Below are positions 15,491-25,455 of a stretch of 64,000 nt of DNA, one piece after another. The first letter of the stretch is position 1, and every line of letters begins with the position of its first letter. Under the pieces are notes generated by a model. It was given only the letters and a program-made list of their open reading frames with translations, was not told where the DNA came from and did no database searches. The translations under genes and the position numbers were made by a program. This DNA is from an uncultured Gammaproteobacteria bacterium (GTDB lineage Bacteria > Patescibacteriota > Microgenomatia > JAMCZE01), in NCBI GenBank assembly GCA_964576435.1, contig CAZNUP010000001.1, positions 34,345-98,344 on the forward strand, written 5' to 3'.

Positions 15491-18400
15491 TTACTGACAG
15501 CTATCGCACTGCAGCCTTTCTTGTGGATCAACCGGGCAGGCTTGTCCAACTTCGTATTTTTTAACCGGCACTGGGATCTCCGCCTGTACAACTTGGGGGG
15601 CAAATTCTTCTTTTTTGACGACAATCTCTTCTTTAATTTCCACTTCTTCAACTATTTTTGGTTCACTAATAATTGGAGTTGGTTCCATAGAAGCTTGACT
15701 AGCAACTCTTCCAAATCCAACCATCCCAAGTTTTTCGCGTTTATTAACTTCCACATTACTCTGCTCTGCAGTATGCCTTGGTTTCATATGAAGATAATAT
15801 GTTGTCTTAAGTCCTTTCTTCCATGCAGTTGTATAGACATCCATAAGATCATCAATCTCCCTTGTCTCAAGATACATATTTCGGGACAAAGACTGATCTA
15901 CCCATTTTTGAGCCCTCGCTGCTATTTCAATAAATGCGTAAGGCGAAGTTGTAAATGCAGATTTGTATCTAGCACGAATATCTTCGGGAATCTCCGCCAT
16001 TTCAGAAATGTCTCCCTGATTTTCCATAATTTTTCCACGAGTCTTCTCCCAAAGTCCTCTTTCTTTAAGGTCATTAACAAGGCCGTGATTAATATCAAGA
16101 TATTTCCCAGAAATCTTATTTCTTGAAAACACCTGGGCGAATCTTGGGTCAATTCCAGGGGTAGTTCCAGCAAGGAGGCCAATATTTGCATTAGGCGCAA
16201 TTGCCATAAGAGTTGCATTTCTCATTCCTGAAATTACCTTCTTTCGAAGCTTGTTCCAGTCCAAACCAAGCTCTTCAGAATGGCTTGTCTTATCAACTGT
16301 TAAACTTTCTCCCCGCGCCTTCTCAAGTCGTGTGATTGTATCGAAAGGCACAAGTCCCCTAGACCACCCAGATCCCGAAAAGTTTTTATACGACCCTCTT
16401 TCTTTTGCAAGATTCGCGCTCTCATCAATTGCAATGTAACTAATAAATTCAAATATTCTGTCTGCTAATTCATAGGCTTGGTCACTATCGTATGGAAATT
16501 TCAAAAGCTCCACCACTTCTGCAAATCCCATGAACCCCATTCCAACTGCTCTATTTTCAATATCAGATTTCACAGCTTCCGGAATTGGAAGAACATTAAT
16601 ATCAATCAAGTTATCCAGATGTCTAACAACCAGTCTCACAGTTTCTTCCAATTTCTTATAATCCATTTCATCTCCATTAAGGTGTCTTGCCAAATTAATT
16701 GATGCTAAATTGCAAACTGCAATATTATCTTTGTCCTGTGGCAAACAAATTTCAGTGCAAAGATTAGACATGTGAATTGTCCCCGTATTGTTATTAAGAG
16801 CTCTCATGTTAATTGCATCTTTCCATGTAAGCCATGGATGCGATGTAGTTTCAAGCATCACAAGAATTTGTCGATACTGTTCTTCAGCGGGAACTTTCTT
16901 AAATGTTCTAAGTTTTCCAGCTTCTGCCATTTCAATATATTCTTTATATCTTTGGTCAAATTCTTCGCCATATAGTTCATTGAGGTCTGGAGTTTCTTTT
17001 GGATCAAACATGTACCAATCCTCTTTATTCTCTACCCGTCTCATAAATTCGTCAGTTATAAAAACCGCAGTATCTGCCGTCCTCATTCGAAGATGATCGT
17101 CCCCCGCATTATGCTTCCACATCAAAAAGTCAGGAAAATCTATATGCCAATTTTCCATATAAAAGCAAAGTGCTCCTTTTTTCTTTCCCCCTCTTTGGAT
17201 TGCCCTAATAGATACATCAATAATCTTGGCAAAAGGAGTTGGGCCAGAAGATGTTGTGTGATTTGAAGAAAGTGGTGACCCGGACGCTCGAAGTTTTGTA
17301 AGTGACGCGCCAATTCCACCAGTTGCTTTAGAAATCTTTATAACATCGGAGACACTTTTCGCAATGTGGTCAATGTCGTCGTGAATCTCAAGTAAGAAAC
17401 AATTAGAAAGAGCTGGATTTTTTGTCCCGGCCCCGATATTTGTAGATCCCCCAGCAATATATTCAAGCTTTGACATTTTATCGTAAAACTTCATTGCAGC
17501 TTCTGTTGGATCTGCTTCGTTATAAGAAAGCCCCATCGCAATCCTCATAAAAAAGTACTGAGGAAGTTCCACTGGTTCCTGTTTCTCATTTTTAATTGCA
17601 TATCTATCAAGAAGTGTTGAAAGTCCCGCATATTGGAAAAGTTCGTCCCGAGATACATCCATTGCCTCAGAAAGTTTAGAGAGATCAAATTTTGAAATCA
17701 TTCTCTCTTCAAGTTGGCCGCCTTTAACGAAATATTCAATATGTTTAGAAAAATTCTCTTTATATTTTCTAGTAAGATCAGATGGCCCCTGATAATCTCC
17801 AAGGACTTTTCTATATGTAAAGGCAAGAAGAAGTCTTGTTGCTGCTTTGTCATAAGTAATATCGTCTTGAACATTTTGCAACGCCGCATTGATAGTTGCC
17901 TTATCTAGTTCATCGGCTCCAATTCCATCATAAATAATAAGTCCCGTTTCATTAGCTATTCGAAGAACCATCTCTGATGATTGTGGAAGTCCAAGACATG
18001 CTGCTTCAATCGATTCATTAACCCGTGCCATAAGTTCAGAGCGTTTACTATCAACTTTTTGAGTTACTAAAACTTCTTCCCCAGCCAGTTCTCGTGCTTT
18101 TTTCCTCTGCTCCCTATATAAGATGTAAGCCTTGGCTGCTTCAAATTCCCCTGCTGCTTGAAGAACCATCTCCACCGTGTCCTGAACATTTTCCACAGTC
18201 GGCTCACTATATTTAACAGAAACAAGATTAACTACCTGTCTAGCAAGACCTGAAATTGGAGTTTTTGGCTCTTTGCCAATTGAAGAGAAGCACTTGACCA
18301 TTGCCCCTTCAATTTTTGCGATATCAAAATCCACTAGTTGTCCATCTCTCTTAACAATGGTTCTTGGCATAACAACTCCAGAGTCTGAAACAAATTCTTG

Positions 18401-18535
18401 AACTTTAAGTTCTAAGGAAGGAGTAGAAGAAGTAGAAGCACTAACTGCACCAAATCCATTTTTAACTGGCCTCCCCCGTCTTACAATTGCTGGAATCGGT
18501 TCATTAATTGGTGTTGTTGGTTGTGCTTGTGCCAT
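15491..18535 (-). CDS. nrdA: Ribonucleotide reductase class Ia large (alpha) subunit, with an N-terminal extension plus ATP-cone and a C-terminal Cys tail
   Basis: ATP-cone-like IVKRDGQLVDFDIAKI. Active-site NxCxE (SNLCTEI) and the C-terminal CxxxxxxxxxCxxC are present. At 1014 aa it is longer than a typical NrdA. Confidence 0.9.
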   Translation of the reverse strand: MAQAQPTTPINEPIPAIVRRGRPVKNGFGAVSASTSSTPSLELKVQEFVSDSGVVMPRTIVKRDGQLVDFDIAKIEGAMVKCFSSIGKEPKTPISGLARQVVNLVSVKYSEPTVENVQDTVEMVLQAAGEFEAAKAYILYREQRKKARELAGEEVLVTQKVDSKRSELMARVNESIEAACLGLPQSSEMVLRIANETGLIIYDGIGADELDKATINAALQNVQDDITYDKAATRLLLAFTYRKVLGDYQGPSDLTRKYKENFSKHIEYFVKGGQLEERMISKFDLSKLSEAMDVSRDELFQYAGLSTLLDRYAIKNEKQEPVELPQYFFMRIAMGLSYNEADPTEAAMKFYDKMSKLEYIAGGSTNIGAGTKNPALSNCFLLEIHDDIDHIAKSVSDVIKISKATGGIGASLTKLRASGSPLSSNHTTSSGPTPFAKIIDVSIRAIQRGGKKKGALCFYMENWHIDFPDFLMWKHNAGDDHLRMRTADTAVFITDEFMRRVENKEDWYMFDPKETPDLNELYGEEFDQRYKEYIEMAEAGKLRTFKKVPAEEQYRQILVMLETTSHPWLTWKDAINMRALNNNTGTIHMSNLCTEICLPQDKDNIAVCNLASINLARHLNGDEMDYKKLEETVRLVVRHLDNLIDINVLPIPEAVKSDIENRAVGMGFMGFAEVVELLKFPYDSDQAYELADRIFEFISYIAIDESANLAKERGSYKNFSGSGWSRGLVPFDTITRLEKARGESLTVDKTSHSEELGLDWNKLRKKVISGMRNATLMAIAPNANIGLLAGTTPGIDPRFAQVFSRNKISGKYLDINHGLVNDLKERGLWEKTRGKIMENQGDISEMAEIPEDIRARYKSAFTTSPYAFIEIAARAQKWVDQSLSRNMYLETREIDDLMDVYTTAWKKGLKTTYYLHMKPRHTAEQSNVEVNKREKLGMVGFGRVASQASMEPTPIISEPKIVEEVEIKEEIVVKKEEFAPQVVQAEIPVPVKKYEVGQACPVDPQERLQCDSCQ

Positions 18536-18539
18536 ATTT

Positions 18540-18980
18540 TTAATTTAGTTTCTCAATAATCTTTTCAAAATCCTTAAGATCGTCAAAATCTAAATAAACA
18601 CTCGCAAATCTAATGTAAGCCACTTTGTCCAGTCTCTTAAATTTTCTAAGAACTATGTTTCCAATTGTCTTAGAACTAATCTCAGTCGTATCTTTACTCC
18701 TAAGTTCCTGTTCAATTTCCCCTAATATTTCATCAATTGTCTCAATTGATATTGGTCTCTTTTCAGTTGATTTAATCAGTCCTCTTCTTAGTTTTTCCCT
18801 ATCAAATTTTTCTCTTCTCCCGTCTTTTTTTATAACAATCAAGTCGATATTCTCAACTCTTTCATATGTAGTAAACCTCTTACCACATTCCTTGCAACCC
18901 CTTCGTCTCCTTGTTGCCCCTTCCGTATCCCTCGTTTCAACTACATCTGTTTCGCTGGTTCCGCAATATGGACACTTCAT
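18540..18980 (-). CDS. nrdR: Transcriptional repressor NrdR
   Basis: N-terminal zinc ribbon (CPYCG...CKECG) plus an ATP-cone. It is 146 aa and is the first gene of the nrd operon. Confidence 0.9.
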   Translation of the reverse strand: MKCPYCGTSETDVVETRDTEGATRRRRGCKECGKRFTTYERVENIDLIVIKKDGRREKFDREKLRRGLIKSTEKRPISIETIDEILGEIEQELRSKDTTEISSKTIGNIVLRKFKRLDKVAYIRFASVYLDFDDLKDFEKIIEKLN

Positions 18981-18987
18981 TTAAAAT

Positions 18988-19034
18988 GCCACATATTTAG
19001 TGGCACGAATAACAGTAGGGCACCAAATGTGGCA
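18988..19034 (-). promoter_or_regulatory. Two NrdR-box-like palindromes (GCCACATATTTAGTGGC and GCACCAAATGTGGC) about 31 bp apart, centre to centre, upstream of nrdR
   Basis: They match the NrdR-box consensus (acaCwAtATaTwGtgt class) and have the typical three-helical-turn tandem spacing. They sit in the promoter region of the nrdR-nrdA-nrdB operon. Confidence 0.45.
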
Positions 19035-19107
19035 AGTCAACTATTCTAAAATATATCGGAGGGGGTCAAAATTATTTTTCAGCTCAAAAGAAAATCCCAC
19101 TCAAAAA

Positions 19108-19647
19108 CTAATTTGCAGTGGTTAATTGAAGTACTCGACTTCTCGACTTTTCATTAAGTGCTATGGCTTTATTCACATTCATAAGGGCTTCTCCACTAAC
19201 TTGCGACGAAACATTTTCCAAAACCTCTGCATGTTTTGATGAAGACACTAAAAGTTTTGCCCCAAGTTCTGAAACAGGGAGTCCTTCTTTCTTGGCGAAA
19301 AGTGCTTGGTCCACAGCACTCGAAAAGTAATCTTCGCTGATAAGAAGTGTTGTGGACCCCAGACTATCATTGTCGTTCTCAATTAACATCTGACCAGCCC
19401 AAAGCCTTTTGTCAGACAAAAACAAATCGTAAAATGATTTGTTAATTGGACCCAAGACTAAAAGTCCTACTGCCTGATCTCGAAGATTTTTAATAATGTA
19501 AATCGGTGAATCAGGTAAAGTCCCAGGGTATGGTAATTTATAGTTCACGCTATCCACCTGGGCCACTTCTTCACTGGCAAACGCACTTCTAGAAAGAACT
19601 GCCCCGGCAAAGACAAGAAGTAAAACTAAGATTAAAACTTTTTTCAC
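19108..19647 (-). CDS. Secreted hypothetical protein
   Basis: N-terminal signal peptide (MKKVLILVLLLVFAGAVLS). 179 aa. Confidence 0.45.
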   Translation of the reverse strand: MKKVLILVLLLVFAGAVLSRSAFASEEVAQVDSVNYKLPYPGTLPDSPIYIIKNLRDQAVGLLVLGPINKSFYDLFLSDKRLWAGQMLIENDNDSLGSTTLLISEDYFSSAVDQALFAKKEGLPVSELGAKLLVSSSKHAEVLENVSSQVSGEALMNVNKAIALNEKSRSRVLQLTTAN

Positions 19648-19725
19648 TACATTTAGTGTGAAACAATTAAGCTAATTTTTCAAGTGGTCCATTGACACGA
19701 AACTTTTCATTGTTAAAATAGTTTT

Positions 19726-19971
19726 ATGAACGGTATTCCCATTTTAGATTCAATCCCAGTCAATTGGTTCATCCTCGGTGTTTCTATTCTCGCCGGCGTC
19801 ATACTCTTCTTAATTCTCACTCAAATCCCAGATGACGAAGAAGAAAACAAGAAAGAAATGAAAGATACTTCAAATACCGAACCAGAAGTCATGATTGAGG
19901 AAGAAGAAGCAGTTGTAGTTGAAGAACAGAAACCAAGATCAAAACCCAAGAAAAAATCTTCTAAGAAATAA
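19726..19971 (+). CDS. Small membrane protein with an acidic/lysine-rich tail
   Basis: One TM segment followed by a DDEEENKKEMKD...KKKSSKK tail. Confidence 0.3.
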   Translation: MNGIPILDSIPVNWFILGVSILAGVILFLILTQIPDDEEENKKEMKDTSNTEPEVMIEEEEAVVVEEQKPRSKPKKKSSKK

Positions 19972-19984
19972 CCTTAAATATCTA

Positions 19985-20740
19985 TTAATAGTAAGGCCCA
20001 CTCTCGTACTGACTCTCTTGTTTAACTGTAGCACACGTTTGTATAGTTCCAATACAGGACTGTCCCACTGAGCAATCATTATTAGTTACACAACCTTTAG
20101 CACAGTAAATCTTATCAGAAAGTTTATAGCAAGCCTGCATGTTCCATTTTTGCTTTGACGAAAAATTAATTTTATAAATCTGAGACGCTCCTGGATACTC
20201 ACAATTTATATAAATAACACCATTCGTATCTGAGTATGTGACTTGGCTACAATATTCTTTAATAAATCTAATGGGGTACCTCTCTACTCCAGATATTTTT
20301 CCACTTTTTAAATTAAAAAAGCCAATATAGGTAGAATTAGGATCTTTGATATATCTCCAAGCAATTAACTTATCGTTAGATTTGCCATATGGGCAAAATG
20401 CCACCAAACTTTCCTCAGGCTTTAAAGCTTTCTGTGCTTCTTCCTCACCTATAAATTTTCCCAAACCTCTTCCATTCTGACAAAGCCCACCAAGAGATTT
20501 TGTAAAATCTTCATAATTTCCCTGACTAAAGTCACCACCAATAGAATTTATTCCTGATAAGCCTTGTACTTTCTCTTGTGCGTTTTTTAAAGATTCCCTA
20601 AGAAGTTTTTCCTGTTCAAGATGTTGATTAATTTCAACATCCTTGACATTGTTAAGACCAATCTGTCTGCGATAATTGCTATACCCAAAAAAACCGAGGG
20701 TAATGGCTGCAACAATTATTAATATTAGAGCGATTTTCAT
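19985..20740 (-). CDS. Membrane-anchored Cys-rich extracellular protein
   Basis: N-terminal TM segment. About 12 Cys lie in the C-terminal half (CVTNNDCSVGQSCIGTIQTC). Confidence 0.45.
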   Translation of the reverse strand: MKIALILIIVAAITLGFFGYSNYRRQIGLNNVKDVEINQHLEQEKLLRESLKNAQEKVQGLSGINSIGGDFSQGNYEDFTKSLGGLCQNGRGLGKFIGEEEAQKALKPEESLVAFCPYGKSNDKLIAWRYIKDPNSTYIGFFNLKSGKISGVERYPIRFIKEYCSQVTYSDTNGVIYINCEYPGASQIYKINFSSKQKWNMQACYKLSDKIYCAKGCVTNNDCSVGQSCIGTIQTCATVKQESQYESGPYY

Positions 20741-21837
20741 TTCCCTCCAACCATAACCACTTCTTCAACAAGTCTATTAGAATATCCCCACTCGTTGTCA
20801 TACCAAGCAAATACTTTAACAAGATCTCCTGTTTTAGAATCAGGTGTGTTCCCAACAACTTGGGTAAGTCCAAGATCAACAATAGACGAATGAGGATTGC
20901 CGATAATATCAGACGAGACCAAAGGCTCCTCACTCACTTCCAAGATGTGTCGGTAATGCTCAGAAATCGCTGCTTCTTTAAATGCAGCATTTACCTCTTC
21001 AACACTCACCTCTTTTTTAAGGTGGAATGTAAAATCAGAAATTGACCCAACAATAACAGGCACTCGAAGTGACATTCCTGTAAAAAGTCCTTTAAGTTCC
21101 GGAACTGCTTCAGCAGCCGCAATTGACGATCCTGTTGAAGTAGGAACTATATTCATACCTGCTGCTCTAGCTCTTCTGGGATCTTTATGTCCTCCATCTT
21201 GGAGTTCCTGGTCGGAAGTATAGGCATGCATGGTCGTCATCATCGCCTTATTCACTCCAAAGTTATTAACCATGATTTGCGCAACAGGAGCAATACAATT
21301 CGTCGTACACGATGCATTAGAAATTATCTGATCGCTAGGCATGACAGTCTCACCAGAAAATGTTTTATTAGAATCAGAAAGATTTACATCTAAGACATAA
21401 GTTTTAACCGTGTTGTCCTTAGCAGGAGCCGATAGAACTACTTTTTTAGCTCCCGCTTGAAGATGTGGCATAATTTTTTCTTGAGTTGTAAATGCTCCTG
21501 TGCATTCAATAACCACATCTACTTCGTGTTTCTTCCAAGGAAGCATTGCTGGATTTTTTTCAGCATAATAGGGAATCTTTTTGTCATCCACTATGATGTA
21601 CCCAAGCATCTGTGGTACTTGATCTTTCCCGCCTTCAAATTTTTCAGAAGATACTTCGTGTCCTTGCAAAAGTCGGTACGCCGTATCATGTTTCAAAAGA
21701 TTTGCCCACCCAGCCACATCCGTTGTTGCTCCACCATTAATGGCAACCACTTCCACTTGGTCGTTAAATCTTTCCAAGATAACACGGTGAGATACTCTCC
21801 CAATCCGCCCGTATCCATTGATTGCTACTCTAATCAT
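20737..21837 (-). CDS. gap: Glyceraldehyde-3-phosphate dehydrogenase (type I)
   Basis: NAD-binding INGYGRIGR and the active site ASCTTNCIAP. Confidence 0.9.
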   Translation of the reverse strand: MIRVAINGYGRIGRVSHRVILERFNDQVEVVAINGGATTDVAGWANLLKHDTAYRLLQGHEVSSEKFEGGKDQVPQMLGYIIVDDKKIPYYAEKNPAMLPWKKHEVDVVIECTGAFTTQEKIMPHLQAGAKKVVLSAPAKDNTVKTYVLDVNLSDSNKTFSGETVMPSDQIISNASCTTNCIAPVAQIMVNNFGVNKAMMTTMHAYTSDQELQDGGHKDPRRARAAGMNIVPTSTGSSIAAAEAVPELKGLFTGMSLRVPVIVGSISDFTFHLKKEVSVEEVNAAFKEAAISEHYRHILEVSEEPLVSSDIIGNPHSSIVDLGLTQVVGNTPDSKTGDLVKVFAWYDNEWGYSNRLVEEVVMVGGK

Positions 21838-22871
21838 ATAATTAGCACTTCAACTCCTGGCAACTTTTCTCCAGCCAAAAATTTAAGCATCGATCCTCCT
21901 CCAGAACACACCCAATCAAATTTATCTAAAATTCCAAGTTTTGAAAGTATTGCGATTGTGTCTCCTCCCCCAACTATTTTATAAGCCGGTGAAGAAGCTA
22001 AAAGTTCCGCAATTCTCCTTGTTCCAACTTGATATGTATATTCTTCAACTTGACCGACTGGTCCATTCCAAACAATTGTTCCAACATCCGATGACTTAAT
22101 GCGCTCAATGAGCACTTTATCAATCGATTCCAGTGTAGTATCTTTCGTGTTCTCCGTCAATCTCAACACTTTAACTTTTTCCATCCCCATAATTGGACTC
22201 CCCACTTTAATTTCTGAAACAAGTTTTCCTCCAACAACTACCGAATCAGCTATTTCTGCCATTTTTGAAATCAAAGGAATCTTAGTCTCAAGCTTTGCTC
22301 CTCCAATAATTACTGTCAATGGTCTTTGGGGGTCTTCTAAAAGTTTAGATAGCACCTCAATTTCTTTAGCTAGTCTAAATCCAGCGAAGTGTGATAGAAG
22401 TGTTGGCACTAAAACAACAGAGGCGTGTTCCCGCTCATCTGCTGCAAACGCCTCATTAACATAAATTTCACCAAGTTCTGCAAGTTCTTTAGCGAATTCC
22501 AAATCATTTGCTTCTTCTCCTGGATAAAACCTCAAGTTCTCAAGAACCGTCAAATCATCGGAGATTTTAAATCCATCAATCTCACCGAAATTTATCTCAG
22601 AAACACTTCCATTAATATAATCCGCCATCCAACTAGCAATTGGTTTTGAGGACAGTTCTGGAACTACTTTTCCTTCAGGTCTGCCAAGGTGTCCTGCTAA
22701 AACAACTGTACATTTTTGCTCTAAAAGAAACTCAATCGTGGGCCAAATATCACGAAGTCTAGTATCATCCGTAATTTTTCCACGATCTAAAGGAACATCA
22801 ATGTCCCCCCTAACAAATACTTTTTTACCACCAATATCACTTGCTTTATCAATAATAGGCAGATTAATCAC
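21834..22871 (-). CDS. pgk: Phosphoglycerate kinase (compact, 345 aa)
   Basis: LENLRFYPGEE and the GGGD..., GGGS motifs. It overlaps gap by 4 nt. Confidence 0.85.
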   Translation of the reverse strand: MINLPIIDKASDIGGKKVFVRGDIDVPLDRGKITDDTRLRDIWPTIEFLLEQKCTVVLAGHLGRPEGKVVPELSSKPIASWMADYINGSVSEINFGEIDGFKISDDLTVLENLRFYPGEEANDLEFAKELAELGEIYVNEAFAADEREHASVVLVPTLLSHFAGFRLAKEIEVLSKLLEDPQRPLTVIIGGAKLETKIPLISKMAEIADSVVVGGKLVSEIKVGSPIMGMEKVKVLRLTENTKDTTLESIDKVLIERIKSSDVGTIVWNGPVGQVEEYTYQVGTRRIAELLASSPAYKIVGGGDTIAILSKLGILDKFDWVCSGGGSMLKFLAGEKLPGVEVLII

Positions 22872-22908
22872 ACTAATAAGTCTAGCATCTAGGAGTATAA
22901 TTTAAAGT

Positions 22909-23955
22909 ATGACAATAACAAACCTAACTGGAAGCAAGCACCTCTCGTCGCTAGGCAATGACACAATTAAGGCTGAAATCACCCTAAACAATAATTTAAC
23001 AGCCAGTGTCACTACTCCAGCTGGCATTTCAGCAGGCAAATATGAAGCAGGGACGGTCTCGACTGTCAACGCACTATCTGAGCTAGAAAACATCAAAAAC
23101 GATCTCATTGGTAAAGATTGGACTCAAGAAACTCTAGATAGTTTTCTAACTTCCAAAAATCTTGGCGGCAACACCACAATTGCCATTTCTGCTGCTTTTT
23201 GGAAAGCAGACATGATCAAGGGTAAAAAGTGTGTTTATCATCCTGCCCCTAAGATTCTTCTCCTTCTTTTTGAAGGCGCCAAACACGGCAACGCGAATTT
23301 AACAATTCAAGAATTTATGCTAATTGAGGACACTTTAGAATCTGCCATTACCGACTTTAAAAAAATGCGCACTTATCTAACCTCGCAAGGCATTGAAACC
23401 ACAGTAGGAGCTGAAGGCGGATTTTCTCCCATAAATTTCACCAACCTTCTAGTTTTTGAGGTTATGAAAGCAGTCTTTCCGGATAAACAGTTTGCATTAG
23501 ATGCCGCCGGCTCTTTTAAAAGCGGCGAACAGAATTTAGAAAAAATAATTTCAGAATTTAACTTTGGCTATGTAGAAGACCCATTTACCGACGAAGAATG
23601 GGACAAGTGGGTTAATATAACAAAAATCTATGGCAACAAAATGTTAATTGTAGGAGACGACCTAACAACTACCAACTCGAATAGAATCCAAAAGGCCATT
23701 TCCGAAAAAGCAATTAATGCTGTAATAATTAAACCTAACCAAAACGGCACAATTACTGGGACTAAAGAAGCGGTGGAAGTAGCAAAAAAGGGCAATCTAA
23801 AGATTATTGTTTCCCACCGCGGCGAAGAGACTGACGACTCATGGATTGTCGATTTCGCCCTTTGCGAAGGAGCAGACTTTGTAAAATTTGGAGGCATGGA
23901 CAGAGGAGAACGAGTCGCAAAATACAACCGACTCTTAGAATTAGGCACAAAATGA
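22909..23955 (+). CDS. eno: Enolase (compact, 348 aa)
   Basis: SHRGEETDD (enolase SHRSGETED), RGERVAKYNRLLEL, DDLTTTN and KPNQNGTITGT. The catalytic Lys/His/Asp positions are retained. Confidence 0.85.
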   Translation: MTITNLTGSKHLSSLGNDTIKAEITLNNNLTASVTTPAGISAGKYEAGTVSTVNALSELENIKNDLIGKDWTQETLDSFLTSKNLGGNTTIAISAAFWKADMIKGKKCVYHPAPKILLLLFEGAKHGNANLTIQEFMLIEDTLESAITDFKKMRTYLTSQGIETTVGAEGGFSPINFTNLLVFEVMKAVFPDKQFALDAAGSFKSGEQNLEKIISEFNFGYVEDPFTDEEWDKWVNITKIYGNKMLIVGDDLTTTNSNRIQKAISEKAINAVIIKPNQNGTITGTKEAVEVAKKGNLKIIVSHRGEETDDSWIVDFALCEGADFVKFGGMDRGERVAKYNRLLELGTK

Positions 23956-24569
23956 GTAAACTATTTCTTGTTCGGCACGGCAGCACCAATTGGAACATTA
24001 AAGGTCAATGGCAAGGCCAGACAGATATCCCACTTAGTGAAGAGGGAGAAAAACAACTAGACATTACTGACGACATTTTAAAAAACGAAAAAATTGACAT
24101 CGCTTACACCGGCACCCTTTCCCGTCTCAAACAATCTGAAGAATTTATCGCTAAAGACCTCAAACTAAAAATTCCAGTTTATGAAGATTCCGCCTTAAAT
24201 GAAAGAGACTACGGATTATATGTCGGCCGGAACAAATGGGATTTTGATAAAGAATTTGGCGACGAATTTTTTGAAAGAGTGAGAAGGGGTTGGGATACCA
24301 AAATCCCCGAAGGTGAAACCCTAGAAGATGTCTACCATCGTGTCGTGCCTTTTTATCAGAAAGTAATTAAGCCAGAACTCCAGAAAAACAAAAACGTTCT
24401 AATCGTCTCATCAGGTAACACCCTAAGAGCTCTAATAAAATACCTAGAAAACTTGTCCGTTGAGGAAGTAGAAAAGCTTGAATTAGGTTTTGCTGAAATA
24501 AGAATCTACGAAGTAAACGCCTCTACTTCGCCACATTTGGTGGAATCTTCCCAGAAAGTGCAGCTATAA
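23952..24569 (+). CDS. gpmA: Histidine-phosphatase-family phosphoglycerate mutase (dPGM-like)
   Basis: LVRHGSTNWN catalytic His motif. Its start overlaps the eno stop (ATGA). The real start is at 23952, not the 23841 given in the ORF track. Confidence 0.7.
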   Translation: MSKLFLVRHGSTNWNIKGQWQGQTDIPLSEEGEKQLDITDDILKNEKIDIAYTGTLSRLKQSEEFIAKDLKLKIPVYEDSALNERDYGLYVGRNKWDFDKEFGDEFFERVRRGWDTKIPEGETLEDVYHRVVPFYQKVIKPELQKNKNVLIVSSGNTLRALIKYLENLSVEEVEKLELGFAEIRIYEVNASTSPHLVESSQKVQL

Positions 24570-25455
24570 TGTTTTCTGCAGCCATTCTTGACATCTCATT
24601 TCTTGCCTCCATAGTAGCTGAAGCTATGTGAGGGGTAAGAACTACATTTTGCATTCCATAAAGCATCATTTCCGATTCCGAAATTTTTTCTGTCTCATCT
24701 TCATAAACATCCAGTCCCGCACCTGCAATTTGACCATCATTAATTGCTTTACAAAGTGCCATTTCATCGACCACTGCCCCTCTCGATGTGTTAATTAAAA
24801 CTGCGCTTTTCTTCATCGCTGCAAATTGCGGTGCAGAAATCATATGTTTTGTTTCAGATGTCAAAGGAACATGAAGAGACAAAAAATCCACCTCAGATAA
24901 CATTTTTACCAAGTCATCAAAAAAAACATAATTACCAAGCACCTCCGGTTTTTTATGAGCATGATAAAAAACTTTCATCTGGAAACCTTGCTGTGCCATT
25001 CTAGCGACCGCTTGGCCAATTCTTCCCATCCCAATAATTCCAAGTGTTTTCCCTGAAATCTCACTACCCAAAAAAATGTCTGGCTCCCACTGAACATATT
25101 TACCAGACCGAACATAACTATCCGCCGAGATCAAATGTCTAGAAACAGACAACATCAAAAGTATTGCGTGTTCTGCTACTGCCGTTTCAAATCCACCAGG
25201 AGTATTAGTAACAAAAATATTTCTCTGCTTTGCAGCTTCTAAATCAATATTGTCAAACCCAACCGCATAATTAGCAATAATTTTAAGCTGCTTCCCTGCT
25301 TTGTCCATAAAAGAAGCGTCTATCTTATTTGTCAAAAGCGACAAAACGGCGTCAGATCCAGAGATATTTTCTTCCCCCATTACCACCTCATAACCTGCCT
25401 GCTGTAACAAATCAACTGCAGGTCCCGGAATTTTACGAAGCACACAAACTTTCAT
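24523..25455 (-). CDS. D-isomer-specific 2-hydroxyacid dehydrogenase (D-lactate/glycerate/3-PG dehydrogenase family)
   Basis: NAD-binding GKTLGIIGMGRIGQAVA and the catalytic His in TPHIA. Confidence 0.8.
   Translation of the reverse strand: MKVCVLRKIPGPAVDLLQQAGYEVVMGEENISGSDAVLSLLTNKIDASFMDKAGKQLKIIANYAVGFDNIDLEAAKQRNIFVTNTPGGFETAVAEHAILLMLSVSRHLISADSYVRSGKYVQWEPDIFLGSEISGKTLGIIGMGRIGQAVARMAQQGFQMKVFYHAHKKPEVLGNYVFFDDLVKMLSEVDFLSLHVPLTSETKHMISAPQFAAMKKSAVLINTSRGAVVDEMALCKAINDGQIAGAGLDVYEDETEKISESEMMLYGMQNVVLTPHIASATMEARNEMSRMAAENIIAALSGKIPPNVAK

Noticed and set aside
15521-18535. Intein or selfish element inside nrdA explaining its 1014-aa length
   Set aside because: The catalytic NxCxE and other RNR blocks are contiguous. 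The extra length comes from N-terminal and C-terminal extensions, not an insertion. The + strand ORFs 15521..17908 are antisense frames.
23628-23998. Minus-strand ORFs 23628..23948 and 23804..23998
   Set aside because: Antisense to eno/gpm, with P/S/R-rich composition typical of spurious frames.
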